Source: a virus
DNA: 64,000 nucleotides
IMG/VR virus record: IMGVR_UViG_3300017760_000001
Location: 32,001 to 96,000 of that record
Direction: 5' to 3' (one strand)
Below the pieces are notes generated by a model. The model was not told the origin of the DNA. It made no database searches and saw nothing but the letters and a program-made list of their open reading frames with translations. Below, piece by piece: positions 9,701 through 18,193 of the stretch. Both the position numbers and the translations under genes were made by a program. Within the stretch, counting starts at the first letter, position 1; each line of letters opens with the position of its first letter.

Positions 9701-10064
9701 CTTTATTCACCTTATTTTTTATTATGTTAAGTTGATCGGTAGATAAGAGAGGTAGGATTTGAATGGCCTTTTCATTACTATATCCATAATACTCTTTTAT
9801 CACGTCAACGTTACTATCAGTTGTGGGTTTGACCCATTTGGAAAACCGTTTCTTTTTCCTAACTATATTTAGTAAAAACTGAAATTGTAACTTTTTGTCA
9901 AGGTGATGGTATCTGTTCATCTCATTCGCCATATGAACAGTGTCAGTGAAGTAAGATAGACTGCGATTGACCATGAACGGAACATACTTCTTCTCCATGT
10001 CGGGGTCAACCATCACGTCCTTCTTACCGAATGTAATCTCATTTACAAATTGAAATGGACTCAT
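9687..10064 (-). CDS. gp62: Clamp loader small subunit gp62
   Basis: YVPFMVNRSLS, ANEMN, RKKKRFSKW, IKEYYGYSNEKA. Start MSPFQF. Confidence 0.92.
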   Translation of the reverse strand: MSPFQFVNEITFGKKDVMVDPDMEKKYVPFMVNRSLSYFTDTVHMANEMNRYHHLDKKLQFQFLLNIVRKKKRFSKWVKPTTDSNVDVIKEYYGYSNEKAIQILPLLSTDQLNIIKNKVNKGGRK

Positions 10065-10492
10065 ATTTGTTCTATCTCCATGCCACATTTTTCTAAGAAC
10101 TCTAGTCCATCGGTAGATCTTAGGTGTGGTGTTCTCCAGTATACTTTCTTGATACCAGATTGATATATTAGTTTAGCGCACTCCAAACAGGGTGCGGTCG
10201 TTGTGTATATGTCAGCATTATAACATGATTCGGAACTTTTTGCAACCTTTGTTATTGCATTCGCCTCTGCATGTAATACTTCTGGTTTGGTTTCAAGGAA
10301 CTGAATGTCACCATTAGGCCACTTCAGTTCGTTCTCACAGTTGTTATCCCAACCAGAGGGCATACCATTATACCCAATAGAGATGATACGATTATCTTTT
10401 ACAATAACCGCACCAACTTTTAATCTTCTTGCACTAGAGAGTTTCGCAAATGTTTCTGCGGTCTCCATAAATGCATTTTCCCATTTATCCAT
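10061..10492 (-). CDS. cd: dCMP deaminase
   Basis: GYNG, HAEANA, PCLEC zinc motifs. Confidence 0.92.
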   Translation of the reverse strand: MDKWENAFMETAETFAKLSSARRLKVGAVIVKDNRIISIGYNGMPSGWDNNCENELKWPNGDIQFLETKPEVLHAEANAITKVAKSSESCYNADIYTTTAPCLECAKLIYQSGIKKVYWRTPHLRSTDGLEFLEKCGMEIEQI

Positions 10493-10658
10493 ACCAGTGC
10501 CTTATTACGCCAGCGCAAATGAAAAAACAAGTTATAAAGTTGACCAGAACTACGACCGACCGAATCATAGCAATCATATCCGCCTCTCGGTCAGTCGTTC
10601 CCTCTTTCTCTCCGAGGGATTTTGCCCATAGTCTCCAAAGACTTTTAAAACGCAACAT
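10485..10658 (-). CDS. 57-aa hypothetical membrane protein
   Basis: Own translation MLRFKSLWRLWAKSLGEKEG..READMIAMIRSVVVLVNFITCFFICAGVIRHWYG; fills the gap between neighbours. Confidence 0.7.
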   Translation of the reverse strand: MLRFKSLWRLWAKSLGEKEGTTDREADMIAMIRSVVVLVNFITCFFICAGVIRHWYG

Positions 10659-10920
10659 GCTCGTTTTCTAATCTCATGGTCAACTGAGTACCTTGTTCGT
10701 CCGAATAGGCAAGTTTATCTTGCCAGTTCTCACAGGTATTTAGTTCATGTTTGGTGATCGTATAACAGTAATGGTTGTCTTGCCACGACTCTTCGATCTC
10801 TCCAGCAGTGATCGCCTGTTTCAAGTCATCGAAGACTCCAGCGATATATGCTCTCTCGGTAGTTCTAGGATAACCAGTGCTACCACCACGTTCTAACATT
10901 GTTACTACATGTACTTCCAT
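10645..10920 (-). CDS. Hypothetical protein
   Basis: Start MEVHVV is coupled to the gp44 stop (TAATG). Confidence 0.6.
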   Translation of the reverse strand: MEVHVVTMLERGGSTGYPRTTERAYIAGVFDDLKQAITAGEIEESWQDNHYCYTITKHELNTCENWQDKLAYSDEQGTQLTMRLENEHVAF

Positions 10921-11858
10921 TAAACGTACTCCACGTTTGCCATGCATTCTGTGAGACACGCAACCAGATTGAGTTCGTGGTCTGCAACGAATGCATTCTT
11001 GTATTGATAATCAGCAAGGATCAAAACAAGTTGCGGTATAGAGTTAGACGCCACCTTACCTTCCATCGAATCGTAGATACCACGATAGATGGCAGCTGGT
11101 TCTAGGTCAATGTGATTGACCACCCATGAACGCATCTTCTTGAAATCCTTACCCTTCAGGTAAGAGTACAAATCCTCGTATGCACCAGTACCATTTGATA
11201 CTAGTACGCTCGCCTCCAGCGAACCACCGATAGAGTGACGTTGTGCCTCGTTGAGGACACGTCTCCAGTCGGGGGCATATCGCATGATCAGTTCTGCAAT
11301 GACTTCATTGGTATACGAGATACCTTCGTCATCTAGGATATTGGACAAACGTCCCATGAACTGACCACACAAATCTGCAAGAACTTTCTTAGAGTTGGTG
11401 AACTCGTATACACTGCATCGTGAGTGTAGTGGTTCGATAATCTTGTTCTTGAAATTACAGGTAAGAATAAACCGACAGTTGTCAGAGAACTCTTCTATGA
11501 ATCCACGCAAAGCGGGTTGAGTGGATTGCGGATTAAGGTAGTCCGCCTCATCCAGAATTACGACTTTGTAGCCGCCTGAGAGAGAGATGGATGAGGCGAA
11601 CTGTTTGATCTTACCACGGAGTGTATCAATGTTACCGTCTTCCGATCCATTGATCACAATGTGGTCTAAACCTAATTCGTTACATATTGCTTTTGCGACA
11701 GTTGTTTTACCAGTACCAGCCGTACCAGTAAACATCATGTTGGGGATCTCCCCATTGTCTACAATCTTTTGAAATGTTTTCTTTAGTTCTGACGACAGGA
11801 TAGTGTCAGAGATTTTTTGTGGTCGATACTTCTCGACCCAAAGGAAGTCAGTAGACAT
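10920..11858 (-). CDS. gp44: Clamp loader large subunit gp44
   Basis: LWVEKYRP, GTAGTGKTT, ILDEAD, SRC. Confidence 0.97.
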   Translation of the reverse strand: MSTDFLWVEKYRPQKISDTILSSELKKTFQKIVDNGEIPNMMFTGTAGTGKTTVAKAICNELGLDHIVINGSEDGNIDTLRGKIKQFASSISLSGGYKVVILDEADYLNPQSTQPALRGFIEEFSDNCRFILTCNFKNKIIEPLHSRCSVYEFTNSKKVLADLCGQFMGRLSNILDDEGISYTNEVIAELIMRYAPDWRRVLNEAQRHSIGGSLEASVLVSNGTGAYEDLYSYLKGKDFKKMRSWVVNHIDLEPAAIYRGIYDSMEGKVASNSIPQLVLILADYQYKNAFVADHELNLVACLTECMANVEYV

Positions 11859-11881
11859 TTAGTTCTCCATGATAAAATAGT

Positions 11882-11910
11882 ATTATACAGTATTCTGTAT
11901 AGAAAGTCAA
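11882..11910 (-). promoter_or_regulatory. Sigma70-type promoter for gp44
   Basis: TTGACT-17-TATAAT; contains a TATACAG-N4-CTGTATA inverted repeat. Confidence 0.8.
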
Positions 11911-11958
11911 GGGGTTCTTCGACATTGTCTTTAAGGACTTCCCCCATTGCCCAGCCGA

Positions 11959-12204
11959 TCAAGATTCTTTTAGAACACTAATGATCTGTGCTTTGTTCAT
12001 CTTACTGGTGACATTTAACCCTCTTGCCTTAGCCGCATCTAATAGTTGCGGTTTGGTAAGTTTGTTATAGTCTACTTTGACACCAGCGTTTTTCTTTTTA
12101 TCATCTACAGTTTCGGTTGGGAAAAATTTCTCCACAACCATATAGATCATAATAGTGACACCTAAAAGGAGAGCGACAGTCTCAAGGAAAGTATAGTCCA
12201 TCAC
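11959..12204 (-). CDS. Small membrane-anchored protein with a Rho-N/HeH-like C-terminal domain
   Basis: Hydrophobic N-terminal helix, then YNKLTKPQLLDAAKARGL..SKMNKAQII. Confidence 0.6.
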   Translation of the reverse strand: MMDYTFLETVALLLGVTIMIYMVVEKFFPTETVDDKKKNAGVKVDYNKLTKPQLLDAAKARGLNVTSKMNKAQIISVLKES

Positions 12205-12205
12205 T

Positions 12206-12400
12206 TTACTCCTCTACTTCTCCGTCACCTGTTGCAGCTTCAACTAAATTAATCACTTGAACTGCTTGGTCACGAAGTTGTCCGATGGTGGTGAGTTCTT
12301 CACCCTTAAATCCACCACGTTGTACCACTGTATCTATTACCGCAACGGTTGATCGTGCGACACGGTTTGCTAAATCATTCAATTGTTCTTGATCTGACAT
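12206..12400 (-). CDS. Hypothetical protein
   Basis: MSDQEQ...IDTVVQRGGFKGEELTTIGQL; GGAG RBS. Confidence 0.75.
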   Translation of the reverse strand: MSDQEQLNDLANRVARSTVAVIDTVVQRGGFKGEELTTIGQLRDQAVQVINLVEAATGDGEVEE

Positions 12401-12401
12401 T

Positions 12402-13079
12402 TTATGCTCCATAAGTTGATGTTTTTTCGAGTGCAATAAAGTACTCTAGGTTAGATTGTTTTGACTTGAACTGTGAGATCAGTTTCTTACTGATGTTTAC
12501 ATCGAAGTCTTCGTTAACGACTTTCAGGTTATTTACATTCAGAACAAACGCAAACTCTGCGCCTTCTGGGTAAGAACCTTCTACGTCAATAGAAAATGCA
12601 TTAGACGTGGCATCTTTACTATCAACAACAGATAACTGAACAGAGCCACCAGATGGTTTGATCGAGATCTCACTGTGTCCTAGTACGGCAGCCGCACGTT
12701 TTACTTTTCCTAGTGTGTCAGTATCTAGTACAAAACTAACATCCGCTTCAGGCATGATGATGTCCTTATTAGGGGCAGTCAACATATCAGGATCAGAGAA
12801 GAAGTACTTGATCTTACTACGACCAGTAGAATCACCGACAGTAACATAATCGTCCGAGAATGTTAGGTGTGGTTTATCCACAAGAGATAGTACCGACAGA
12901 AACTCGTTGAGGTCATAGATACCAAACTGAGATGGCATAGTTTCCTCTAGTGACGTTTGTGACATCACATTACGAGCAACCGAAATGGTCTTGAGTGTAT
13001 TGCCTTCTTGAAAGACAATGTTGGGGTTGATACTCGCATAATTCTTGAGTACGTTTAATGTTTTATCAGATAGTTCCAT
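12402..13079 (-). CDS. gp45: Sliding clamp gp45
   Basis: LS..TL.VLKNYASIN, FGIYDLNEFL, YFIALE. Confidence 0.96.
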   Translation of the reverse strand: MELSDKTLNVLKNYASINPNIVFQEGNTLKTISVARNVMSQTSLEETMPSQFGIYDLNEFLSVLSLVDKPHLTFSDDYVTVGDSTGRSKIKYFFSDPDMLTAPNKDIIMPEADVSFVLDTDTLGKVKRAAAVLGHSEISIKPSGGSVQLSVVDSKDATSNAFSIDVEGSYPEGAEFAFVLNVNNLKVVNEDFDVNISKKLISQFKSKQSNLEYFIALEKTSTYGA

Positions 13080-13114
13080 AATTATTACCTAGATTGATCG
13101 GGTTTATATTGCAT

Positions 13115-13144
13115 ATTATAACACGTTATGGTATGGTTTGTCAA
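13115..13144 (-). promoter_or_regulatory. Sigma70-type promoter for gp45
   Basis: TTGACA-18-TATAAT. Confidence 0.8.
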
Positions 13145-13162
13145 GCATAATATCATAACTTA

Positions 13163-14887
13163 TTAGGCCGCAGTCTTAACTTTAGAGAAGTTTTTATCTT
13201 TGAAGAACTCTAATCGTCTATCAAAGAAATGATCCTCTAGTTCGCCTTTGTGTGAGATTACAAACACATGGGTGTCCTCACCCAGACTGTTGATAATCTT
13301 CATCAAGTTGTCAACACCCTCATCATCCAGAGACGAGTCAAAAGTCTCGTCCAGAATTAGTAGGTTGGTGGCAACTGAATTCTTCATCTTCGCAATCTGT
13401 CTCCAAGTAAATAGTAGAGACAAGTCAATACGTTGTTTCTCACCTTCCGAGAATGAGTCGTATGTAAACGAGTCACGATGACGTGAACGGATAGTCTCTT
13501 GGAAAGATTCGTCCAGATCAAAGTGTACGAAGAAATCTAGAGTCTGCAAGTGTTGGTTAGTCAACTGATTGATTACAGGAATATACTGTTTGATAATCTT
13601 GGTCTTGATACCAGTATCTTTCAGTAGTTCCGCATTCACTTGGTTGTAGGCCATCTGTTCGTTCAGTTTGAACTTATCCTCGGTCAGAGTCAGTTCAGAC
13701 TCACGCAGAGTTTCTAACTCACGGTTTGCCTTCTCTAGATCACCAGTCTCTCCTTGCATCTTTGTGAGGTCAGACTGGATAGATGTAATGTTATTTTGTA
13801 AACGAGAAATAGTCTGGTTGTTGTTATTGAGTTCGTTTTGCCAGTTACGTACCGCTTCCATCATCGCTTCGTATGAGTCAGCAAGAGATAAGAAGTCTTT
13901 CTCTTTCTTGTCTGCCTCGACCATCGCATCGTTCAGTTCCTTCGCACGTGATTTAGACTTCTCGATCTTTTCTTTCTTCAGATCTTCACCGATGTCCTGA
14001 TCACATGTAGGACAGATATCGTTCTCCTCAAAGAACTTGGACTCTTTTACAACTGCCTTTATCTGTGTCTTGAATGTCGCCATGTACGAACTGAGTTCAC
14101 TACGATCCTTCACCAGTTTCGCAATGTCTGCCTCTAACGGAGGTTGTCTCTCCGTGATGTCTCCACTAAGTTTAGTATTGCGTTCCTGTAACTCAGTGAT
14201 CTCCGCATTTATTTCAGAGATCTTATCTTCTTTCTCTTTACGGTATGCGGTATTCACGGCATTGAGATCACGTAGGTATTTCTTCTGTGCGTTGATCTTT
14301 GTTTTTGCCATCTCTAGACTGTGAGTCGCATTGCGTACCTCGTCCTTCAGTACGCCCATCTTCTCTTTCAGTAGTCCGTTCATCTTAGAGAACACACCAA
14401 TGTCTAGAAGGTCTTCAATTACATCACGTCTTGCACCAGACGCCAGTTGCATAAACGGTACAAAAGAACTTGATCCGAGAACAACAATCTGGTGGAAACT
14501 CTTGTGAGTCAACTTCAGAATATTTTTCTCTAGAACCTGTTGATATTCTTTTGCGTGTGAGTTCTGATTGATCATATTACCGTTGACCCAGATCTCAAAG
14601 ATGTTCGGTTTGATACCCCGAATAATCTTGTACGACTGAGAACCAACAGAAAACTCTACCTCAACAAGTGTGCCTTTGTTGTTGATAGTGTTGACCAACT
14701 GCGGTTTAGAAATCTTGCGATGTGGTTTCCCAAATAGACCGAACGACAGGGCATCCAACATCGTTGATTTGCCCGCACCGTTGTGTCCCACCACAAGAGT
14801 AGTAGATGAATGAACGAAATCAATTTCAGTGAAATTGTTTCCAGTACTTAAAAAGTTCTTGAATCGGAGTTTTTCAAATTTAATCAT
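13163..14887 (-). CDS. gp46: Recombination ATPase gp46 (Rad50/SbcC-like)
   Basis: GHNGAGKST, CPTC zinc hook, FSEGEK signature, LILDE. Confidence 0.97.
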   Translation of the reverse strand: MIKFEKLRFKNFLSTGNNFTEIDFVHSSTTLVVGHNGAGKSTMLDALSFGLFGKPHRKISKPQLVNTINNKGTLVEVEFSVGSQSYKIIRGIKPNIFEIWVNGNMINQNSHAKEYQQVLEKNILKLTHKSFHQIVVLGSSSFVPFMQLASGARRDVIEDLLDIGVFSKMNGLLKEKMGVLKDEVRNATHSLEMAKTKINAQKKYLRDLNAVNTAYRKEKEDKISEINAEITELQERNTKLSGDITERQPPLEADIAKLVKDRSELSSYMATFKTQIKAVVKESKFFEENDICPTCDQDIGEDLKKEKIEKSKSRAKELNDAMVEADKKEKDFLSLADSYEAMMEAVRNWQNELNNNNQTISRLQNNITSIQSDLTKMQGETGDLEKANRELETLRESELTLTEDKFKLNEQMAYNQVNAELLKDTGIKTKIIKQYIPVINQLTNQHLQTLDFFVHFDLDESFQETIRSRHRDSFTYDSFSEGEKQRIDLSLLFTWRQIAKMKNSVATNLLILDETFDSSLDDEGVDNLMKIINSLGEDTHVFVISHKGELEDHFFDRRLEFFKDKNFSKVKTAA

Positions 14888-14895
14888 AGGTACGT

Positions 14896-14924
14896 ATTAT
14901 ACACTATCCATATCAAAAAGTCAA
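14896..14924 (-). promoter_or_regulatory. Sigma70-type promoter for gp46
   Basis: TTGACT-17-TATAAT, 8 nt before the ATG. Confidence 0.8.
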
Positions 14925-14927
14925 GGA

Positions 14928-15134
14928 TTATTCTTCTTCAGCAATCAGTCTTCCGACATTGATGATAAAGAACGGTATGAGTATTACTGTTCCATAAAAT
15001 TGACGAGGTTCTGGTTCCTCGGTAAGTGAGTTCATTGTCCAGACCAACTTACTATCAACGAATTCGATGTCGAAGCCTATTCCGTTGCGTAAGTCCAGAT
15101 TCCATATTCTTCCTAACCAAAACTTGGTAAACAT
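14928..15134 (-). CDS. Hypothetical protein
   Basis: 68-aa ORF coupled (TAATG) to the upstream ORF. Confidence 0.6.
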   Translation of the reverse strand: MFTKFWLGRIWNLDLRNGIGFDIEFVDSKLVWTMNSLTEEPEPRQFYGTVILIPFFIINVGRLIAEEE

Positions 15135-15328
15135 TATTCTTCTTCCTTTTCTTCTGGTGGTTTTTTCAACCAGTGATTTATGTATTGCGAGTTAACATCG
15201 GCTGCATCATCAACCGCACTTGGTTTATCTTTCTTCCTAAAGATCGCATCGTAATTATCATTATACTTCTCACGGTCGGTGGGTCTTTGTTTAGAACCTT
15301 TACCGCCATGCCAATTACTATTTGACAT
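15134..15328 (-). CDS. Small hypothetical protein
   Basis: MSNSNWHGGKGSKQRP..KYNDNYDAIF; GGAGG upstream. Confidence 0.7.
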   Translation of the reverse strand: MSNSNWHGGKGSKQRPTDREKYNDNYDAIFRKKDKPSAVDDAADVNSQYINHWLKKPPEEKEEE

Positions 15329-15476
15329 TCTGGAGTTTGCCTCCTTGTTTAGAGATCTCCTCGACCACGTCCCCAAACATTCCTTTATTCTGGTGACTCA
15401 TCGCCTGATAGTTTCTCTTGTCAGACTTTCTGTTAATACCAGCCTTTCGCATTAACTTCGCTTTCTTTCCGTTCAT
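15318..15476 (-). CDS. 52-aa basic hypothetical protein
   Basis: Own translation MNGKKAKLMRKAG...KLQNVK; AGGAG RBS; not in the track. Confidence 0.6.
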   Translation of the reverse strand: MNGKKAKLMRKAGINRKSDKRNYQAMSHQNKGMFGDVVEEISKQGGKLQNVK

Positions 15477-15485
15477 CCTATTCTC

Positions 15486-16544
15486 CTAGGCAATTTCTGT
15501 GCTTTGCGCTTCTTTCATTAATGAATTGATTTCTTTTTTGATCCGATCCTTGTCCAGATCCGTATGTACAGCATCAATGTAATTATACATCAATGTCTCG
15601 GTATCTTCTACACTCACCGCATCATCGTTTACCGCATCTCCACTAAACTCTTTGAAGTCTTCTGCAATCTTTAGTTCGTGAATCTTCATACTCTGTACAC
15701 GATCTACAAATCGTTCGAACTTGTATGGGTCGCCTTTGTTCACAACGATCATCTTGACAAAGTGATCTTCAAGATAACGCAGATCTTCGAACTTGTTCAT
15801 CTTCTCGTGATCGTAGTAAACCTTCTTGTGGATCGTGACTGGATTGTGAACTGGGGTCAGTTCTCTTGTTTCAGTATCAAGAACGTGGAAGTATTTCTTG
15901 TCGTCACAATCAGACCAGAAGAACTCCATCTGTGAACCGAGATAGTGGATGTTATTCTGTGACGAACGAGTGTGGAAGTGTCCTGACAGAACCATGTCGA
16001 ATCTTTCAAAGTGAGACATACTCATGCCACCGTGACACGGAATACCCTTGGACATCTCGAACCCATCCAACTCTAGGTGTGCGCCAACAATATCTGCCTT
16101 ACAGTTCGCAAGGAAGTCTAGTGTGTCCTTCTCGTTCTCTGGTGTAATCCAAGGAACCAATGCCATATCCATCTTACCGTAACGCATGACAGTATTGTCC
16201 AGAATCACATTCACTTCATTCATGTAGTGACCTTGTAACTCTTTGAGTGCGTTCAGTTCGTTGGTGTTCTTGAAGTAGGCATCGTGGTTACCGACAATGA
16301 TATCCATCGTGATACCATATTCACGCAACTTCTCTAGAAAGATTTTGCGGTTGTGTTTCAGTGCCTTGAAGTTGATCGTCTTACGGTTATCGTAGTAGTC
16401 CCCAAGGTGAATGATCTGTTTGATATCATTCTCTAGAAGGTATGGGAAAAAGACATCTCTATAGAACTTCTCTTGATAGTCCATAAAGATGTCAGATGAA
16501 TTACGAATACCACAGTGCGTATCATTTAAGATCGCTAATTTCAT
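15486..16544 (-). CDS. gp47: Recombination nuclease gp47 (Mre11/SbcD-like)
   Basis: DTH, HLGD, GNHD, SGHFH. Confidence 0.97.
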   Translation of the reverse strand: MKLAILNDTHCGIRNSSDIFMDYQEKFYRDVFFPYLLENDIKQIIHLGDYYDNRKTINFKALKHNRKIFLEKLREYGITMDIIVGNHDAYFKNTNELNALKELQGHYMNEVNVILDNTVMRYGKMDMALVPWITPENEKDTLDFLANCKADIVGAHLELDGFEMSKGIPCHGGMSMSHFERFDMVLSGHFHTRSSQNNIHYLGSQMEFFWSDCDDKKYFHVLDTETRELTPVHNPVTIHKKVYYDHEKMNKFEDLRYLEDHFVKMIVVNKGDPYKFERFVDRVQSMKIHELKIAEDFKEFSGDAVNDDAVSVEDTETLMYNYIDAVHTDLDKDRIKKEINSLMKEAQSTEIA

Positions 16545-16571
16545 AATATACCTATTACTATTAAAATATAA

Positions 16572-16605
16572 GTGACATTATACCACGTGGGCAGTATAAT
16601 GTCAA
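16572..16605. promoter_or_regulatory. Palindromic, overlapping bidirectional sigma70 promoter
   Basis: Minus strand TTGACA-17-TATAAT toward gp47; plus strand GTGACA-17-TATAAT toward the 3' end of gp55. Confidence 0.7.
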
Positions 16606-16609
16606 GCAC

Positions 16610-17221
16610 TTATTCAGTAAAGTGTCCAGTCAAATCAGAGTCAACGTTTACTGCCCGTCTCTTACGTTGTTTCTTCTCTTCCTTGGCATACTGTTTGAAC
16701 TCTGCATCGGCAGACTTAACAACATCAATACGTTGTCGTAGTATGTCAACAAAGGGTAGAACATTACTGTAGTCGGTGTTACCGTCATCATGAGTCAGAT
16801 CAAGGAAGTTCTCGATTCCTGCCTCTGCGATATATTTCATCTTGATATCTTGTTGACGTTTTTCTTTCTGGATCCTACGTAGGAATGCATACCATGTAAT
16901 TTGAGTGAAGTATGCGAATGCATTTGGTTTACCTGATCGTGTCGCAGCTTCTAGATTGTAGTTCTCGATTGCCTTCAGACAATTCTCGACTGCATCCATC
17001 ACCATCTCTTCACGATAAGTGTACCTGACAAAGTTTGCCTTGTGTGACAATCCTTCACTAATCTTCAGAAAACATTCTGCGATGTAGTTAGGTACAACTG
17101 GTTTTGGTTTTCCCGCTTCCTTACACATACGTGCATGACTGACATAAGTAACCACCGCCTGTGAGAAGTCGGCGTTATTTACGTAATGCGGTTTTTCTTT
17201 TGGTTTCATATTATACATCAC
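16610..17221 (-). CDS. gp55: Late sigma factor gp55
   Basis: HYVNN, ECFLKISEGLSHK.NF, NAFAYFTQI, AFLRRIQKEK. Confidence 0.96.
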   Translation of the reverse strand: MMYNMKPKEKPHYVNNADFSQAVVTYVSHARMCKEAGKPKPVVPNYIAECFLKISEGLSHKANFVRYTYREEMVMDAVENCLKAIENYNLEAATRSGKPNAFAYFTQITWYAFLRRIQKEKRQQDIKMKYIAEAGIENFLDLTHDDGNTDYSNVLPFVDILRQRIDVVKSADAEFKQYAKEEKKQRKRRAVNVDSDLTGHFTE

Positions 17222-17236
17222 TCCTATTTAATGCAT

Positions 17237-17265
17237 ATTATATCACAATTTGGAATCAGAGTCAA
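17237..17265 (-). promoter_or_regulatory. Sigma70-type promoter for gp55
   Basis: TTGACT-17-TATAAT, then AGGAG. Confidence 0.8.
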
Positions 17266-17677
17266 GTTCTTTTATACAAACTCTGTTTCTTAAATCACTC
17301 GTAGAGAATCGGTGATCTCTTTGATTATAATAGATTTCTATTCCTCTGGAAGAACATATCGCTCTACCTGTAAACGTACCCGACTTATACTCCGAACCAA
17401 TGATCCGTACATCTATATGTAACATAGACAAGATATCTTCTAGATCCTGTTCCGTGATATAAGGTATGATTTCGTCAACATACTCCACAGCATTCAACTG
17501 CGTGTATCGTTCGACTATAGTTTGGATAGGTTTGTTCTTTTCTTTACGATCGAGACTAGGATCTACCTGTAGACCACATATAAGGTAGTCACATTGATCC
17601 TTAGCCTCTCTTAACATTGAGACATGTCCAGCGTGTAATAAATCAAATGCTGAACAGGTAAATCCTACTTTTTTCAT
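17243..17677 (-). CDS. Glycerol-3-phosphate cytidylyltransferase-like (TagD family)
   Basis: FDLLHAGH (HxGH), RDHRFSTS. Confidence 0.88.
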   Translation of the reverse strand: MKKVGFTCSAFDLLHAGHVSMLREAKDQCDYLICGLQVDPSLDRKEKNKPIQTIVERYTQLNAVEYVDEIIPYITEQDLEDILSMLHIDVRIIGSEYKSGTFTGRAICSSRGIEIYYNQRDHRFSTSDLRNRVCIKELDSDSKL

Positions 17678-17695
17678 AATTTTTTCACTTTTCGC

Positions 17696-17724
17696 TTGAC
17701 AAAGTTTGCACCGAACTGTATAAT
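17696..17724 (+). promoter_or_regulatory. Orphan plus-strand sigma70 promoter (antisense)
   Basis: TTGACA-17-TATAAT with an upstream A/T tract; no credible plus-strand gene follows. Confidence 0.75.
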
Positions 17725-17758
17725 AGAAGCACTCTTCTGCCAGTCAGTACATGTAAAT

Positions 17759-18193
17759 TTAGTGGATAGTTGGGAACGGTAAAACGTTACTCCCATCACT
17801 ATCTTTCAGACCTGTATTTTCCTTTACATTATCTTCCATCTGTTTCATGATCTTTTCGAGTTGTTCTGTGGTCTCTTCTTCCATTTCGGCTCTAAGTTTT
17901 TCGACCTCGTTGACAGATGCCTGATACTGTCTCAACATGGCAGGCGCTGGATAAGTTATTGCTACAACATGCAAGGTTTTTATCAGACTATAAATTTCTG
18001 GGTCATCTTGGTATGTCATGAAGGGACGGAAAGAATGGTATCGAGTTCTGTCGTTCGCAATATCCGTCTGGAGTCTCAAGGCCCTTTTGACCACAAGATC
18101 GTATTCGGTCTCTTCTATAATTTCGGCAAGAACCTCTTCGCCTGTAGATAACTTCAGATGTTTAACTTCGTACAAGTCGATATCACTTATCAT
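17759..18193 (-). CDS. Hypothetical protein downstream of uvsW (possible Sm-like fold)
   Basis: KLSTGEEVLAE motif; overlaps the uvsW stop. Confidence 0.7.
   Translation of the reverse strand: MISDIDLYEVKHLKLSTGEEVLAEIIEETEYDLVVKRALRLQTDIANDRTRYHSFRPFMTYQDDPEIYSLIKTLHVVAITYPAPAMLRQYQASVNEVEKLRAEMEEETTEQLEKIMKQMEDNVKENTGLKDSDGSNVLPFPTIH

Noticed and set aside
11911-11945. Possible structured RNA upstream of the gp44 promoter
   Set aside because: Pairing depends on several G-U pairs and works mainly on the non-coding strand; not supportable.
4611-13136. CCATACCAT in one promoter spacer (4611) and its reverse complement in another (13128)
   Set aside because: Only two 9-mers in opposite orientation; compatible with chance.
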